Of a stretch of DNA of 64,000 nucleotides, positions 59,784 through 64,000 are shown one piece after another. The notes below the pieces were generated by a model that worked only from the letters and a program-made list of their open reading frames with translations, was not told the DNA's origin and made no database searches. Both the position numbers and the translations under genes were made by a program. Positions within the stretch are counted from its first letter, which is position 1. Each line of letters starts with the position of its first letter. Source of the stretch: Squalus acanthias (Eukaryota); assembly GCA_030390025.1 (NCBI GenBank), contig CM059431.1:118360001-118424000 (forward strand), read 5' to 3'.

Positions 59784-61897
59784 TACTTGAGTTTTTTTCC
59801 ACAGTTCCTAAAGACATGGCAAATTATTTTTTCTGGTAGCAACACAAATTGAGATTGAGATTGAGAATCGTGGCCCAGATGACAAACTCTATACATGGAG
59901 ACTATGGACTGTTGTCATCTTGAATAACAATTATTACCGGCAAAAAAATACCAAACTGAAAGTAGGCCATGAACTCTATTTATATGAACAAAATAGCAAA
60001 GGCATTAGAGAGTTTGAAGGTTGTGATCCCATTTTGGGGTTCAAATGAAAGTTAGAATTTGCTTAAAGTCTGCTGTCACAGATTGCTTGTAATAGCTTAT
60101 TGGTATCCGTTCCTCTAAGTTAATGAGGACAAAGGCAGAGGGCACTTTGATTCTTCTCAGTATGTGTTGGGAATTCTCTGTAATCTTTCTCTAGGGTGCC
60201 TGTTTCAAAATCCCTTCAGAATGGATTCAATATTAAAGTCATTGACTTCAAATATTGCTTGTTTCATCAACAAACATCGTCTGAATGTGTAGCTCTGTAG
60301 CTTGTTAAAGGCGGAAAAAGTATTTTTCAAGTAAATGCAACCTAGACAAAGGGTTACGTTTTATAATTTAGCATTCCTGGCGCAGAGCTCTGTTTAGAGA
60401 GAGCACATATTGGGAATTCAGGCACAGTCAGTCAGTTTGTGGTCTGCACAATTCATTCATTTTAATGGTAGAAAATTAAATGGGTCCCAAATCGGGCTCA
60501 TAGGCCTCCAGACTCAAGTTCCCAGTACGCACTCCCATCATGAGAACCCCTGCATCAGGGGCTCCAAATGACAGAATTTACCTCATAGCTGATTAAATAC
60601 TCCATGGAATACCTTGGTTTCAGTCCTAATGGGATAGTGGGAATGTCTTTGCTAGCATATATATGGTTAAGGTTGCACAATAAGTGTTGGACTGATACCC
60701 CTGGAAATTCCCACCGTTGCTTTTCTGGATAAGGAAAAAGTTTAGAGTATCGAATTTTTGGAAGTTTGCCAGTTCACCTCCCTCAGGAAATTAAATAATT
60801 TAGACATGGTCTGTTGGAAGGAGTGGGTTCAATGAGCAAAATTCTCACTCCATATATTCTTACAGCCTTAAATTGCTTGTCAGCTGTTGTACAAATAAAA
60901 AAGCCATTCTTGCCGCTTCAGTTTCCTGCAATAGGACATCAGAGCTGTGTTAGTGCTGTGATACAGCACAGTGCAAGCTGAAGAGCAGTCACATGGATCT
61001 TCAGTTACTGGACAGACTGTCTCACAGGGAAATAGTGCTGGTGTGATGGCTGATGATATGACAACTGGAAATATGATTTATATTCCTACAGTTGCTGGAC
61101 CACGAGTGTGTTGTAAATCATTATCTGCTCATTTGACCAATGTACCAGTTATCTCAAAAGTATTTTGACAAGAGAAACTAACTGACTTACATTGTCACCA
61201 AAAGGAGTCTGAAATAAGCCAGTGGTGTTACAGTCACCTTAAGTGCCCCTGTCGCCACATAATTATGAGCTGTCTGCTTTTCCACAACGATCATAGATCA
61301 CTTGCCTATACATTACAGATTCCAAGGAAGGAATGTAATGCAATGGCTACTAGTACAGGTCAGAGGCTGGTTATTCTGTGGCAAGTGACTCACCTCCTGA
61401 CTCCCCAAAGCCTCTCCACCACTTACAAGGCACAAATCAGGAGTGTAATAGACTGCTCAGCACTCATTTGAATGGGTACAACCACAACAACACTAGAAGT
61501 TCAACACCACCCAGGATAGTGCAGTTCACTTGATAAGGACCCCTGACACTAGACTCAATATTCACCCCTTCAATCAGTGGCCTACTGTGGCTGCAGTATG
61601 CCTTATTTTTTATCATACTCGGGAGCTGGGTGTTGTTGCCACAGCTGGCATTTATTGTCCATTACTAGTTGCTCTGAGAAGGTGGTGGTGAGCGGGAGAA
61701 CAAAAGCTGAAATTCTACGCCAATGTGTATATTTTAGTTTGGTTAATACTCCCATTAGAATACCAAGAACTTTATACAAAATGTTTAACATTCATATGCT
61801 AATATCACACAGTGGAATTTCACGGTTTAAGTGTTCAGTATAACAGACCTAAAAAGCAAAACATTTGTCATTTGATCACTGTTCTAAATTCTACCAC

Positions 61898-62343
61898 ATG
61901 TCAGCTGTGGCTCAGTTGGTAGCACACTTGCCTCTGATTCAGAAGATTGTGGGTTCAAGTCCCACTCCAGGGACTTGAGCACGTAAAGCGAGGCTGACAC
62001 TCCAGTGCAGTGGAGTGCTGCACTGTTGGAGGTGCTGTCTGAGGCCCCGTCTGCTCTCTCAGGTGGAAGTAAAAGATCCCATGGCACTATTTTGAAAAAG
62101 AGTAGGGGAGTTATCTCCGGTGTCCTAGCCAATATTTATCCCTCAACCAACATAACAAAAACAGATTATCTGGTCATTATCACATTGCTGTTTGTGGGAC
62201 CTTGCTGTGTGCAAATTGGCAAATTGCCGTATTTCCCATATTACAACAGTGACTCCACTTTAAAAGTACTTCATTGACTGTAAAGTGCTTTGAGACGTCC
62301 GGTGGTCGTGAAAGATGCTATATAAATGCAAGTCTTTCTTTCT
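61898..62343 (+). mobile_element. DeuSINE (SacSINE1-like)
   Basis: tRNA-like head (tggctcagttgg, ggttcaagtcc), Deu-like core and tail gctatataaatgcaagtctttctttc. Confidence 0.85.
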
Positions 62344-63124
62344 TTATTAATCTTTAACTCTATTTATAAATTGGATTCAAATATAAGTGGTCCAGATATG
62401 TACTTTCAAAGTCAAAGGCCCAATCTCCGGAGATTAATTTTAAACTAATTTGAAGAAGGAGATTGGCAACAGTCTGACATAAATACCTGATGGAAATCTC
62501 CTGTGTCATTCTGCTGCCAACAAAATAATGTGGCCAGAAGGTGGACTGAACTGTGAAAGTACAATTTATGAATGTTAGCGGGCTTCATTGCATACCGACT
62601 TGAATGTGAGCTTGTGAAGGGCCGTTGTTTTGAATATTGGTTTATATTAAACCATTTAAAAATGTATTTCCATCCAACCCAAAAACACCGACTCATGCTG
62701 GAATACAGCTCCATGGTTACTAGACACCATCCGGTGCTTTGCCCAAGTAACTATTCTTCGTATGTTAGCCTAGTCACTAATGGTTGTTGAGTAAGGAAAG
62801 AAGTACACTGAACCGTGATTTCTCTTCAGCCTCTGACAATTCATGGTTGAGTCTATTTCATTCCTTACTCAACAACCATTTTCCAACAGGAGTTATTGGA
62901 CAGTGATCAGGAGCAGGGACCCTATATTATTCTTCCCTCCTTGCCCAGAGCACAGAGGTCAGATTATGCATCTTAACACTGCCCCAGCTGAGATCAACTA
63001 ACTCAGCACAATATTGGGATTGAACCTGGGCTATGGTTTACTTCCACATTGGCAGTACTATTACCAACAATGCCGTCATGTAAGCAATCTGCTGCAAATC
63101 TAAAATTTTTATATTTGAATTTAT

Positions 63125-63462
63125 AGATGCTGAGAGGCTGTTTCCCCTGGCTGGAGAGTCTAGAACTAGGGGTCATAGTCACAGGATAAGGGGTCGGCCA
63201 TTTAGGACTGAGAGGAGGAGAAATTTCTTCACTCAGAGGGTTGTGAATCTTTGTCCCATAGGGTTGCAGATGCTCAGTCATTGAATATATTGAATATATA
63301 AGACAGATCAATAGACTTTTGGACACTAAGAGAATCAAAGGATATGGGAATAGGGCGGGAAAGTGGAGTTGAGGTTGAAGATCAGCCATGATCTTATTGA
63401 ATGGCAGAACAGGGTCGAGGGGCTATATGGCCTACTCCTGTTCCTATTTCCTTATGTTCTTA
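63125..63462 (+). mobile_element. CR1 3' fragment
   Basis: gagtctagaactaggggtcatagt...cttatgttctta. Confidence 0.85.
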
Positions 63463-63539
63463 ACCCGAATGATTATCCAGAGTACAAGTGAATCTCTCAT
63501 GGCCTTATGGTTAGTCAGAAGAAATGAAATGACTGGATT

Positions 63540-64000
63540 TACATTACATAGGATTACATAGCATATACGGCACAAAACTGGCCATTCGGCCCAACCAGTC
63601 CATGCTGGCGTTTATGCTCCACTCGAGCCTCCTCCCGTCTTTCCTCATCTAAATCTATCAGCTTAACCCTCTTCCCTTTTCCCTCATATGCTTGTCTAGC
63701 CTCCCCTTAAATGCATCTATACTATTTGCTTCAACCACATTCCACATTCCACATTCTCACCACTCTTTGGGTAAGAAAGTTTCTTCTGAATTCCCTATTG
63801 GATTTCTTGGTGACTATCTTATATTGATGGCCTCTAGTTATGCTCTTCCCCACAAGTGTGAAAATTCTTTCTGTATCCACTCTATCAAAACCTCTCATAA
63901 GTTTAAAGACCTCTATTAGGTCACCCCTCAGCCTTTTTTCAAGAGAAAAGAGACCCAGCCTGTTCATCCTTTCCTGATATGTATATACCCTCGCATTTCA
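63540..64000 (-). mobile_element. CR1 3' fragment (runs off the window)
   Basis: RLGLFSLEKR-LRGDLIEVFK...TRGH..K...FLTQRVVRMWN; tail at ~63540-63565. Confidence 0.85.

Noticed and set aside
62880..63035. Ancient LF-SINE-like fragment (also ~46230-46320)
   Set aside because: Too short and degraded to assign without a profile search.

Overview
Transposon-dense eukaryotic DNA, almost certainly from a cartilaginous fish (shark-like), judged from its repeat content: DeuSINE/SacSINE1-type SINEs, HER1-like CR1 LINEs with (TTCTTATG)n tails, Penelope elements and Harbinger elements. No host protein-coding gene can be supported; every credible protein is transposon-encoded. Main contents: (i) a full-length CR1 LINE (40720-45343, minus) with an intact 983-aa APE/RT ORF2 and a zinc-finger/SGNH-esterase ORF1; (ii) three PIF/Harbinger elements (18967-22124, 38943-45714, 52055-56817) carrying Myb/SANT(MADF) genes and HARBI1-like transposase remnants, plus several derived MITEs with 3-bp target duplications; (iii) a 5'-truncated Penelope element (RT + GIY-YIG) and seven Penelope-type minimal hammerhead ribozyme motifs in two sequence families, two of them inside ~100-bp TSD-flanked micro-insertions; (iv) a ~7-kb tandem segmental duplication (22715-29852 / 29851-39465) whose two copies act as empty-site controls for younger insertions; (v) a G-rich 24/25-bp minisatellite, solo LTRs and many LINE/SINE fragments. 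The most interesting observations are the hammerhead micro-elements and an apparent mosaic between two Harbinger elements, in which the termini and DNA-binding exon diverge more than the introns. All alignments and identities were judged by eye.
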